Source: an uncultured Gemmatimonadales bacterium
Lineage (GTDB): Bacteria > Gemmatimonadota > Gemmatimonadetes > Gemmatimonadales > GWC2-71-9
Assembly: GCA_963698975.1 (NCBI GenBank)
Contig: CAVOSV010000003.1
Location: 591,199 to 655,198, forward strand
Direction of reading: 5' to 3'
DNA: 64,000 nucleotides
Shown here: one piece after another, positions 25,275 to 33,208 of the stretch
Layout: each line of letters begins with the position of its first letter
How positions within the stretch are numbered: the first letter of the stretch is position 1
The notes under the pieces: model-generated
Databases searched by the model: none
What the model was told of the DNA's origin: nothing
The model's input: only the letters and a program-made list of their open reading frames with translations
Translations under genes and position numbers: made by a program

Positions 25275-25668
25275 AGCCCAGGAAGTGAATATCTTATTAG
25301 CGTGTGAAACCTCATAATTCGCTTTATCCACCGACCAGAGCAGTGCATTGCTATGGCGCCTAAGTTGGCCTCTGTCAATGGCTTGGAGAGGCAGGCTAAA
25401 CCAGTAGGTGCGAATGGCGACAGTGTCGTCTGAGCCCAATTAATTATGCAGAGATTCTAATTATGAACACTTTCGACATCGGGTTTGGGCTGGAGTTGCC
25501 TGATGGCCGAAATCATGGCTGAAGGATGGTTCGGAGAGACCTGAAAATGCGGTAGACGGACGGAGAAGGCGAAAAAGCGAAGAGGGTGGGAGCGCGGACG
25601 AGCGAAGGAAATCTACTTGAGATGTGGGGCGTGGAAAGCAAAAAGTCCAGGTGCGAACTACCGCTGAT

Positions 25669-26487
25669 TTATCGCAGAAACTGGAGCTCCCCCGCCCCAC
25701 CGCGGTACAGCGGCCCGACGAACCGGATCGGCGATCCCTTCAACCACTTTGTGAGGTCGCCCTTCCCCTGCACCGTGAGAGATCCGACCAGCCCACGGGT
25801 CCACACCGGATGGAAGCTGAACCGAACCGACCAGGGGCCGGTGCGGGTACCGGTAACCGAAGACCAGGATTCCTCGATAGGCCGGTCGACCCGGGTACTG
25901 TCGCCGGCCGGGTGCCCGCGCCAGATCAGTGAAGTCCGCTCCAGCTTGATGCTGTCGATATCGGTACCGGTGTCGGCGCTGTCCAGCACAGAGACCTGAG
26001 CTTCCCGCAACTTCACCCCGGCGGTTTCGGCAGCTCGAATCAGATTACCCCGACCTGAGTAGATACCCAATACCGCATCCCGCCGAGCTCCTGATGATTC
26101 TTCCTGCGTAGGGAGCGTCCAGACCGCAAGCATCTGCCGGTTCCGGGGATTCTTTTCCGCTACCCGGTGGCTGCCGACCTGTACCGCATCACTGAAGTAG
26201 AAGCAGACGTTGGACGCGGACCAGGAGGCGAACTCGGGCTGATAGCGGACCAACTGTTGAATGGAAGGATGAAGCTTGGGATCCTGACTGGCAGGAATGG
26301 GGCGAAAACCGGACTTGACCTCTTTTGCCGCGGCGCGCGGCTCGACCAGAAAGCGGACACAATAGCCTTCCCTCAGCCCTTGCAGGCTCCACGCCTGGAC
26401 TCCCTTCTCACCGGTGGGATGCTGGGCCCGCAGCACGGTGGGAACACAGCAGGCGAAAGCCACGCTGATGGCGAGAGGCTTCAGCAT
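25669..26487 (-). CDS. Secreted hypothetical protein
   Basis: ATG with GAGGA upstream and a signal peptide MLKPLAISVAFACCVPTVLRA. GC3-biased. No family recognised. Confidence 0.6.
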   Translation of the reverse strand: MLKPLAISVAFACCVPTVLRAQHPTGEKGVQAWSLQGLREGYCVRFLVEPRAAAKEVKSGFRPIPASQDPKLHPSIQQLVRYQPEFASWSASNVCFYFSDAVQVGSHRVAEKNPRNRQMLAVWTLPTQEESSGARRDAVLGIYSGRGNLIRAAETAGVKLREAQVSVLDSADTGTDIDSIKLERTSLIWRGHPAGDSTRVDRPIEESWSSVTGTRTGPWSVRFSFHPVWTRGLVGSLTVQGKGDLTKWLKGSPIRFVGPLYRGGAGELQFLR

Positions 26488-26514
26488 ACGTCCTCAGGGG
26501 GAATGAGCGCTCGT

Positions 26515-27096
26515 TCAGGTTCCGCGGGTACTGCTTCTCACTGCGGCGCGCAGCTCGGCGAAGTCGCTGGAATCCAGGGCATTGAAGTTCAGATTCCGAA
26601 ATTTGACCCGGCCATCTGGCCCCACCACATACACGGTGCGCCGATTATAGCCGTCAGGATCCTTGCTGGCGTACTGCTTCGATACCCGTTGCTCCGGATC
26701 GCTCAGCAGCCGAAACGGGAGGCCCAAGCTGGCTGCGAACCGGTTGTGAGTGGTGACGGAATCCGCGCTGATCCCGACCACCACCACATTGGGCCCGAAC
26801 AAACTGTCGTACTGTTCGGCAAAAGTGCGCAGCTGGGCGGTGCACCCCTTGGTGAAATCCCGGGGATAGAAGGCAACCACCACGGTCTTGCCGCGGTCGC
26901 TGGCGAGCTGGTAGGGCGATTCGACGGGGCCTACCCCGTCCCGGTTGGCCCAGGGCAACGAAAAATCCGGCGCGCGCTGGCCCACATCCGGTCCACTCTG
27001 GAGTACGGCTTTGACCGTTCCAGGATGGTTCTGAGCCGTCGCGGCAGGTACAAGGGCCAGACCGATGAGTGCCAGTGAGAGGCGGGAAACGCGCAT
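26515..27096 (-). CDS. Exported peroxiredoxin (Bcp/AhpC-TSA family)
   Basis: Signal peptide plus the YPRDFTKGCTAQ peroxidatic-Cys motif. Confidence 0.85.
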   Translation of the reverse strand: MRVSRLSLALIGLALVPAATAQNHPGTVKAVLQSGPDVGQRAPDFSLPWANRDGVGPVESPYQLASDRGKTVVVAFYPRDFTKGCTAQLRTFAEQYDSLFGPNVVVVGISADSVTTHNRFAASLGLPFRLLSDPEQRVSKQYASKDPDGYNRRTVYVVGPDGRVKFRNLNFNALDSSDFAELRAAVRSSTRGT

Positions 27097-27117
27097 TATT
27101 CGATCCTTCCTGAGAGT

Positions 27118-27618
27118 TCAGTCCTGGGTGACCCCGCGCAGAACCTTGTCGAGATCCTGAGTGCCGCCGGTACCGGTATACGCCACCTTTCCCGCCCGAT
27201 CCACCACCACCACATACGAGGTGGTGGGCACCTTGTATGCCCGAATGCTGGTGCCCTGATCGTCGTACAACGTGCGGAACCCAGGCTGGTGCGTGTCCAC
27301 ATACCGGCGAACCCGCTCAGGCGTCTGATTGACGGTGACGTTGACGCCGATGAACTCGACTTTCGAGCCATACGCTGTGTGGGCCGCGCGTACCCGGGGA
27401 AGCAGCTCTTCGCACAGCTCACACCAAGTGGCCCAGAACTCGAGGAGCACGGGCTGCTTTCCGATATACTGACCGAGGTCGACCGGCTTTCCGTCGAGAT
27501 CGTTCACCTTGACCGCCGGCGCCTTGCTTCCGACTGAAATGCCTGATTCCTGAGCAGCAAGCCGGCTGCCCCCCAGCACGAGCAGAGCAACAAACCCGCC
27601 TCTCAGCAGCGTCTTCAT
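27118..27618 (-). CDS. TlpA/ResA-family periplasmic thiol:disulfide oxidoreductase
   Basis: Starts at MKTLLRGGFVALLVLGG (ATG 27618, ATGA overlap with the ccdA stop). Thioredoxin motif WATWCELC. The ORF-track start at 27945 lies inside ccdA. Confidence 0.85.
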   Translation of the reverse strand: MKTLLRGGFVALLVLGGSRLAAQESGISVGSKAPAVKVNDLDGKPVDLGQYIGKQPVLLEFWATWCELCEELLPRVRAAHTAYGSKVEFIGVNVTVNQTPERVRRYVDTHQPGFRTLYDDQGTSIRAYKVPTTSYVVVVDRAGKVAYTGTGGTQDLDKVLRGVTQD

Positions 27619-28220
27619 AGTACAGTCCCCGCTCTTACGAGATAGTATTCCGCCATTCCCACCAGCAATATGCCGCCCACGCGCTTGACAGTCAGGGTCC
27701 AGCGGCCGGCTCGCGGCAACGCGGCCACGACTCCGCTGAATAGTCCTACCGCAACCAGGAGCGCGGTCAGGCCGAGGGAGAATACAAAGAGATAGAGAAA
27801 CCCCAACCAGGCGCTTCCGGTGGTACTGACGAATGTGAGAACCGCCGCGAATGCCGGAGCCCCGCAGGGGGCAGCCACTAGCCCCGATGTTGCACCCAGC
27901 ACGAAGACGCCGGCAACCGAATTGCCGCCGATGCGGCCGGCCCACGCGGCAACTCGACTGGGGACGCCGAAGTTAAAGACGTCCAACATGCCCAGGCCAA
28001 ACACGAGGAGCAGATTGGCCATAATCAGGAGTGCCCAGGGACTCGAGCTGACGCTCCCAAACAGAGTGCCGGAGAGACCAGCCAGCAGGCCGAGCACCGA
28101 GTACACCAGTGCCAAGCCCAGGACGTATACCAGCGTGAGCGCGAGAGTGCGCCCGCGCGAGCGTCCAGTTGCACCCGCCCCACCCAGGATGCCGGCGGTA
28201 ATGGGAATCATCGGATACAC
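27615..28220 (-). CDS. ccdA: Cytochrome c biogenesis/thiol-reductant transporter CcdA (DsbD family)
   Basis: CVYPMIP and APCGAP motifs. The first essential Cys is the codon immediately upstream of this GTG, so the real start must be further upstream, probably the CTG at 28313 (see findings). Confidence 0.8.
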   Translation of the reverse strand: MYPMIPITAGILGGAGATGRSRGRTLALTLVYVLGLALVYSVLGLLAGLSGTLFGSVSSSPWALLIMANLLLVFGLGMLDVFNFGVPSRVAAWAGRIGGNSVAGVFVLGATSGLVAAPCGAPAFAAVLTFVSTTGSAWLGFLYLFVFSLGLTALLVAVGLFSGVVAALPRAGRWTLTVKRVGGILLVGMAEYYLVRAGTVL

Positions 28221-28309
28221 GCAGGGAGTAAGACTGGTGGCCAGGCCGGCTACGAACAGGGCGAGACTTGCAGCCAGCGGCTGATCGCGGAGCGTTGCCT
28301 CGAGACCGA

Positions 28310-29542
28310 TCAGACCCGCTCCGCGGCTCCGACGCCGTACCGCGAGGAGACATACTCCTCGAGGATCCCCAGAAACTCGGCCACGATGTCGTCCCCACGC
28401 AGCGTCACCAAAAGACGGCCATCCACATATACCGGGGCCTTGGGCTCCTCGAAGGTGCCCGGGAGCGAGATTCCGATATTGGCGTGCTTCGATTCACCGG
28501 GGCCATTCACCACACAGCCCATAACAGCCACCTTCATCTCCTCGACCCCGGGATGCTCGCTCCGCCACACCGGCATCTTGACCCGCAGGTAGTCCTGAAT
28601 GTCCTGTGCCATCTGCTGAAAGAAGGTGCTGGTGGTCCGGCCGCAACCGGGACAGGCGGTGACCTGCGGATTGAAGCTGCGGAGTCCGAGCGATTGCAGA
28701 ATCTGCTGCGCGACGCGAACCTCCTCACTGCGGTCTCCACCGGGCTCGGGCGTCAGCGATACCCGGATGGTGTCGCCGATGCCTTCCTGCAGGAGAATGC
28801 TGAGGCCGGCGGTGCTGGCGATGATGCCCTTGGCGCCGAGTCCGGCCTCAGTCAATCCGAGATGCAGCGGAAAGTCGCATCGGGCCGCGAGCATACGATA
28901 CACGTCGACCAGATCCTGCACCCCGGACACTTTGGCGCTGAGCACAATGCGGTCGTGGCCCAGACCCGTGGCCTCCGCGAGCGCCGCCGATTGGAGGGCA
29001 CTTTCCACCATCGCCTCCAGGACTACGAGCCGGGTGTCCCGTGGGGCCGGCCGGCGCGCGTTGGCGTCCATCATTGCGGTGAGCAGGGTCTGGTCAAGGG
29101 AGCCCCAATTCACCCCGATCCGCACCGGCTTGTCGTATGCCAGCGCAACCTCAACTATGGACCGGAAGTTTTCATCCCGCCGCTTCCCTCCCACGTTTCC
29201 GGGATTGATCCGATACTTGGCCAGAGCCCGGGCGCATTCCGGATACCTGGTGAGGAGCAGATGACCGTTGTAGTGAAAGTCTCCGATGATGGGAACGCTC
29301 ACATCCATCCGCGCCAGCGCGTCCACCACCGCCGGCACCGCCTGGGCCGAAGCCTCATTGTTGACCGTGACCCGAACCAGCTCGCTTCCGGCCTGCGCGA
29401 GCTCCGCAATCTGACCCGCCGTGGCGGCGATATCGGCAGTGTCGGTGTTGGTCATCGACTGGATGACGATCGGATGAGCGGATCCAATCAAGACCCCGCC
29501 GATGTTGGCGGAAATGGTGCTCCGGCGAGTGACGAAGGGCAT
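28310..29542 (-). CDS. ispG: 4-hydroxy-3-methylbut-2-enyl diphosphate synthase IspG
   Basis: [12 protein letters not shown]-terminal motif and the ACPGCGRT Fe-S cysteines. Confidence 0.95.
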   Translation of the reverse strand: MPFVTRRSTISANIGGVLIGSAHPIVIQSMTNTDTADIAATAGQIAELAQAGSELVRVTVNNEASAQAVPAVVDALARMDVSVPIIGDFHYNGHLLLTRYPECARALAKYRINPGNVGGKRRDENFRSIVEVALAYDKPVRIGVNWGSLDQTLLTAMMDANARRPAPRDTRLVVLEAMVESALQSAALAEATGLGHDRIVLSAKVSGVQDLVDVYRMLAARCDFPLHLGLTEAGLGAKGIIASTAGLSILLQEGIGDTIRVSLTPEPGGDRSEEVRVAQQILQSLGLRSFNPQVTACPGCGRTTSTFFQQMAQDIQDYLRVKMPVWRSEHPGVEEMKVAVMGCVVNGPGESKHANIGISLPGTFEEPKAPVYVDGRLLVTLRGDDIVAEFLGILEEYVSSRYGVGAAERV

Positions 29543-29595
29543 CGCGGAAATATAAGACGCTTGCGGCCGGTTCGCGGTCAGGCAGAGATTCGGGC

Positions 29596-30600
29596 ATGGT
29601 AGAACCGCACTCTGAGCCGCGCCGAGCCGCGATCACCGGCGTTGCGGTCTACTTGCCGGAACGCGTACTCAGCAACGCGGAGCTGGCGCAGAGTCTCGAT
29701 ACCTCTGACGAGTGGATCATCACCCGCACCGGAATCCGAGAGCGAAGGATCGGCGCTCCCGGCGAGACCACCTCTACAATGGGCGCCGAAGCCGTTCGCC
29801 GGCTCATGGCCGATCGCCAACTCGGGCCGGAGGACGTCGACGCCATCATCGTGGCAACCGTCACCCCCGACATGCTCTTCCCCGCAACCGCCTGTCTCAT
29901 CCAGGATCAGCTCGGCCTTAGCCGGGCTTGGGGCTTCGATCTTTCAGCCGCATGTTCCGGCTTTCTTTACGCACTGACCGCAGGTGCGCAGATGGTTGCC
30001 AGCGGCGCGCATCAGCGGGTGGTTGTAGTCGGTGCAGATCTCATGAGCTCGATCATCGATCCACTGGACCGCACTACGGCGGTCCTCTTTGGCGACGGTG
30101 CGGGTGCGGTGCTGCTGGAACCGGCCGAACCGACGTTCGGGATCCTGGACTTTCATCATCGGGTAGATGGCAGCGGACGAAACGACCTGCTCATGCCGGC
30201 AGGCGGATCACTGCATCCACCCAGCCTGGAGACGGTTTCCGGGCGTCAGCACTTCCTCAAACAGAACGGCAAGGTGGTGTTCAAATTTGCCGTGTCTCAG
30301 ATGGTGGAAAGCGTGCAGATGGTCCTGCAGCGCAACGGTCTCACTCCGGCTGATGTGGCACTGCTGGTTCCGCACCAGGCCAATCAGAGGATTCTGGATG
30401 CCGTGGGCGAGCGTTTGGGGCTGTCGTCCGAAAGAGTCGCGTCAGTCCTGGCCTGCTATGGCAACACCACCGGCGCCACGCTCCCTCTGGCGCTCGAGGC
30501 TGCAGTCAGAAAAGGCCAGCTCAAGCGGGGCGATATGTTGGTATTCGCCGCGGTAGGCGCCGGGTTTACTGCAGGGGCAACGCTGGTGCGCTGGGCGTGA
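29596..30600 (+). CDS. fabH: Beta-ketoacyl-ACP synthase III
   Basis: Active-site [10 protein letters not shown], plus HQAN and GNTTGA motifs. Confidence 0.95.
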   Translation: MVEPHSEPRRAAITGVAVYLPERVLSNAELAQSLDTSDEWIITRTGIRERRIGAPGETTSTMGAEAVRRLMADRQLGPEDVDAIIVATVTPDMLFPATACLIQDQLGLSRAWGFDLSAACSGFLYALTAGAQMVASGAHQRVVVVGADLMSSIIDPLDRTTAVLFGDGAGAVLLEPAEPTFGILDFHHRVDGSGRNDLLMPAGGSLHPPSLETVSGRQHFLKQNGKVVFKFAVSQMVESVQMVLQRNGLTPADVALLVPHQANQRILDAVGERLGLSSERVASVLACYGNTTGATLPLALEAAVRKGQLKRGDMLVFAAVGAGFTAGATLVRWA

Positions 30601-31479
30601 TCAGGCGCGGGAGAAATCTGCAGTAGTGATGGCCGACAGGTCGGCCGAGGAAAGCGTGATCCCGGCCGCTGTAGTGCTGTCGACCGCATGCTCCACCGTT
30701 CGGGCGCTAGGGATCACGATTATGCCCGGCGATCTTGCCAACACCCAGGCGAGAACCAGCCCGTGAGGGGTGACGCCGAGTCTGCTCGCCATGGGGCGGA
30801 GCACGGGATGCGCGGGCAATTTGCGATTGAGTCTGCCGCCTCCGATCGGGCTGTACGCCAGGAAACCAATGCCGTGGTCGGTGCAGTACTGCACCACGCC
30901 CTCCTCCAGCGCCTCCCGAAAGAACGGATTCAATCGGTTCTGCACCGAAGTAACCTCGACGACCTTCTCGGCCTCCTGGATCTCGGAGACCGAGACGTTC
31001 GATAATCCGACCCAGCGGATTTTTCCTTCCCGCTGAAGATCGGCAAGTGCTCCAACGCTATCGACCAAGGGAACGGACGGGTCTGGCGTGTGAAGCTGGT
31101 ACAGATCGATCTGGTTCACTCCGAGCGCCTTGAGTGAACGCTCGCAGGCTGCCTTGAGCTGCTCCGGACGACCCGCCATGACCCAGCGTCCGCCCGGTCG
31201 GGCCATTCCGCCCTTGGTGGCAACGACCACTTGGTCCCGACTTCCCCGATAGGTCCGCAGAGCCAGAGCGATCAGCCGTTCATTGTGCCCGATCTCGCCA
31301 TCGTCCAGGCAGTACACGTCGGCGGTGTCAATCAGAGTTACACCCGCGTCGAGGGCAGCATGAATCACCCGAACGCCCTGCTCTTCGGGGGGCCGCTCCT
31401 GAATCGACAGGTGCATCCCTCCGTATCCGACAGGCGAAACCTGAGGGGCGTTGCGACCGAGCTTGCGGCGGGGAATCAC
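30601..31479 (-). CDS. Aldo/keto reductase
   Basis: AKR pattern (LIDTADVY, GKIRWVGLSN). GTGA overlap with the upstream hydrolase gene. Its stop abuts the fabH stop with zero spacer. Confidence 0.85.
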   Translation of the reverse strand: MIPRRKLGRNAPQVSPVGYGGMHLSIQERPPEEQGVRVIHAALDAGVTLIDTADVYCLDDGEIGHNERLIALALRTYRGSRDQVVVATKGGMARPGGRWVMAGRPEQLKAACERSLKALGVNQIDLYQLHTPDPSVPLVDSVGALADLQREGKIRWVGLSNVSVSEIQEAEKVVEVTSVQNRLNPFFREALEEGVVQYCTDHGIGFLAYSPIGGGRLNRKLPAHPVLRPMASRLGVTPHGLVLAWVLARSPGIIVIPSARTVEHAVDSTTAAGITLSSADLSAITTADFSRA

Positions 31480-32198
31480 TGGACGCCGAGCACAGGCAGC
31501 AGGAACTGAAGCAGATCGTCCCGCACGTCGAAGTAGATGGCCATGGCATGCGCGGAACCGGGGATGAGCCGTCCGGTCACGTGGGAAAGTCCCTCACTCC
31601 AACGGGTGACATTCCCGCCGCCGTCGAATGGATCCTCCCGAGAGGAAGCCAGCAAACAGGGTACCCTGGTCCTCTCCAGATTGGCCCTGATACGATCGGC
31701 AGCGTCATCGCTGATGGCCGGGGCACCGGCGGCACCCACCGTCGCCACAGCACGGAGGCCGGGAATCGTGCTCTGGGCCAGCAGGACACCGCTGCCCCCA
31801 ATGCTGGCTCCAACCAATCCCAGGCGATCGGCATCGATGAAGTTCTGGTTAACCCCCCAGGACACCACCCTCAGAATGTCGTTGTCGAGGCGGGAGAAAC
31901 CGACCTTGCCGGCACTGCTCATGAACGCCTGGCCGAATGCCTCGAGGGTAAGGCCTTCCGGCGTGTCTATCACCAGCGGGCCCTTGGGCGAAATAATGGA
32001 AGCTCCATGCCCGCGCAGATCGAAGGCCAGCGTGGCCACACCGCTATCGAGCAGGTCGCCAATCAGAGGCGAGTAGCTATCCCGGGTGGCGGGATACTGG
32101 TGGGCCAGCACGGCGAGGGGGAAGGCCGCGCCTGCGTACTCATCCGGATATGTCAGAGTGCCCTTCAACACCAGTCCGTCCCCGGCGGGAACGGACAT
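31476..32198 (-). CDS. Alpha/beta hydrolase (dienelactone-hydrolase-like)
   Basis: Nucleophile elbow GASIGGS. ATG 32198 is preferred over TTG 32252, which would overlap the upstream small gene. Confidence 0.7.
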   Translation of the reverse strand: MSVPAGDGLVLKGTLTYPDEYAGAAFPLAVLAHQYPATRDSYSPLIGDLLDSGVATLAFDLRGHGASIISPKGPLVIDTPEGLTLEAFGQAFMSSAGKVGFSRLDNDILRVVSWGVNQNFIDADRLGLVGASIGGSGVLLAQSTIPGLRAVATVGAAGAPAISDDAADRIRANLERTRVPCLLASSREDPFDGGGNVTRWSEGLSHVTGRLIPGSAHAMAIYFDVRDDLLQFLLPVLGVQ

Positions 32199-32215
32199 GT
32201 CCAGCGGCGCCAGGC

Positions 32216-32488
32216 TCACGCCAATCCCAGCTGCCGGGTCAGCCGATGCCAATCGGTGGGAGAGATCACCCCTTGATCCCGCAGTGGCGTAAGGGTACCA
32301 AGAATCTCGGCCCGCGATCCATCGATCCGCCGCTCGCGCAGCTCCGTGATCATGCGAGAGAACCGGTGCTCGTATTCATCGGGGGCCAGTTTGCCCTCCT
32401 TACGCTGGCTGCTGAGTTTCGTGAGCTCTTCCGCTACCCGGGCGGGCGACACCGGCTTGAGTGCGCCCCCCTGCTGGTCTGCCGCCAT
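32216..32488 (-). CDS. Small hypothetical protein (90 aa) with two SHOCT-like helical repeats
   Basis: ATG at 32488 preceded by AGAGAGGGA. The pattern ..L..L...G.I(S/A)..(D/E)(W/Y) occurs twice. The enclosing 321-aa ORF is otherwise Arg/Pro-rich noise antisense to or out of frame with DinB. Confidence 0.5.
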   Translation of the reverse strand: MAADQQGGALKPVSPARVAEELTKLSSQRKEGKLAPDEYEHRFSRMITELRERRIDGSRAEILGTLTPLRDQGVISPTDWHRLTRQLGLA

Positions 32489-32532
32489 GGATCCCTCTCT
32501 TCGAAGCCGTGGATGATTACTCCTATCCTGCA

Positions 32533-33114
32533 TTATGTCCCTGCCCGGCGCGCGGCGTCCAGAGTGTTGGTGGGATCCGCTCCAGTCCAGCTGACGTCGG
32601 CAGTAGGTCCGTAGGTTGGGGGTACCCGGTCTTCCAGCAGCCGAAGGCATATGCCGACCTGGGCTCGATGGTGGGCCGTGTGCAGCACCCGTCGCCAGAA
32701 AACCCAGATCCGCTGCCGGCTCACGTCGAAGAACGGGACCTCGGCCAGCCAGTATTTCTCGTCGGCCCGGGCGAGGACGGGCAGACGGGCGCGGGCCAAC
32801 GCGACGACACGATCCACGTAAGCCTGGACTGGAGGTCGATCTCCGGTGGGCAGCAGCGACTCGACCGGAGGCTCTTCCAACCCGATGAACTCCGCAAAGA
32901 ACCTTCGTTCGGAAAGAATCTGGTGGATAAGGATCTGCCGGATCGAACTGCTTCGGGCATGCGGACGAAACTCGAGCTGGTGGTCCTTCAACTCGCTCCA
33001 GACCGACCCGAGCTTGTTGGTCTCTGAGACATAAGTGTCCGGCAGATGCTGCAGCAGCGGGTCGACGGCCCTTGGGACCTCCAGCGAGGCAATGAATTCT
33101 CGAACGTACTCCAT
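32533..33114 (-). CDS. DinB-family (DinB_2) metal-dependent four-helix-bundle protein
   Basis: ATG at 33114 preceded by AGAGGAG. His-containing DinB pattern (ILIHQI...VLHTAHHRAQ). Confidence 0.7.
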   Translation of the reverse strand: MEYVREFIASLEVPRAVDPLLQHLPDTYVSETNKLGSVWSELKDHQLEFRPHARSSSIRQILIHQILSERRFFAEFIGLEEPPVESLLPTGDRPPVQAYVDRVVALARARLPVLARADEKYWLAEVPFFDVSRQRIWVFWRRVLHTAHHRAQVGICLRLLEDRVPPTYGPTADVSWTGADPTNTLDAARRAGT

Positions 33115-33208
33115 TGACCACTCCTCTCTGACAAAGACCAACGCCCGCCGGCCTTTCGGCCGACGGGCGCTGTCGTGTCACGACTTGGCTACTCGTGGAT
33201 GACCACGA

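Noticed and set aside
25193-25439. Small ORFs of 61 and 75 aa on the minus strand in the pyk upstream gap.
   Set aside because: They have no Shine-Dalgarno sequence, TTG/ATG starts in poor context, and codon usage unlike the rest of the window. They could only be real if foreign, and I found no support for that.
25580-25668. RNase P RNA (GGAAAG....AGTCCAGG) or tmRNA in the AT-richer gap.
   Set aside because: The GGAAAGUCC P4 element is interrupted by five extra bases. No other conserved RNase P or tmRNA elements (T-arm, CCA-proximal acceptor) were seen on either strand.
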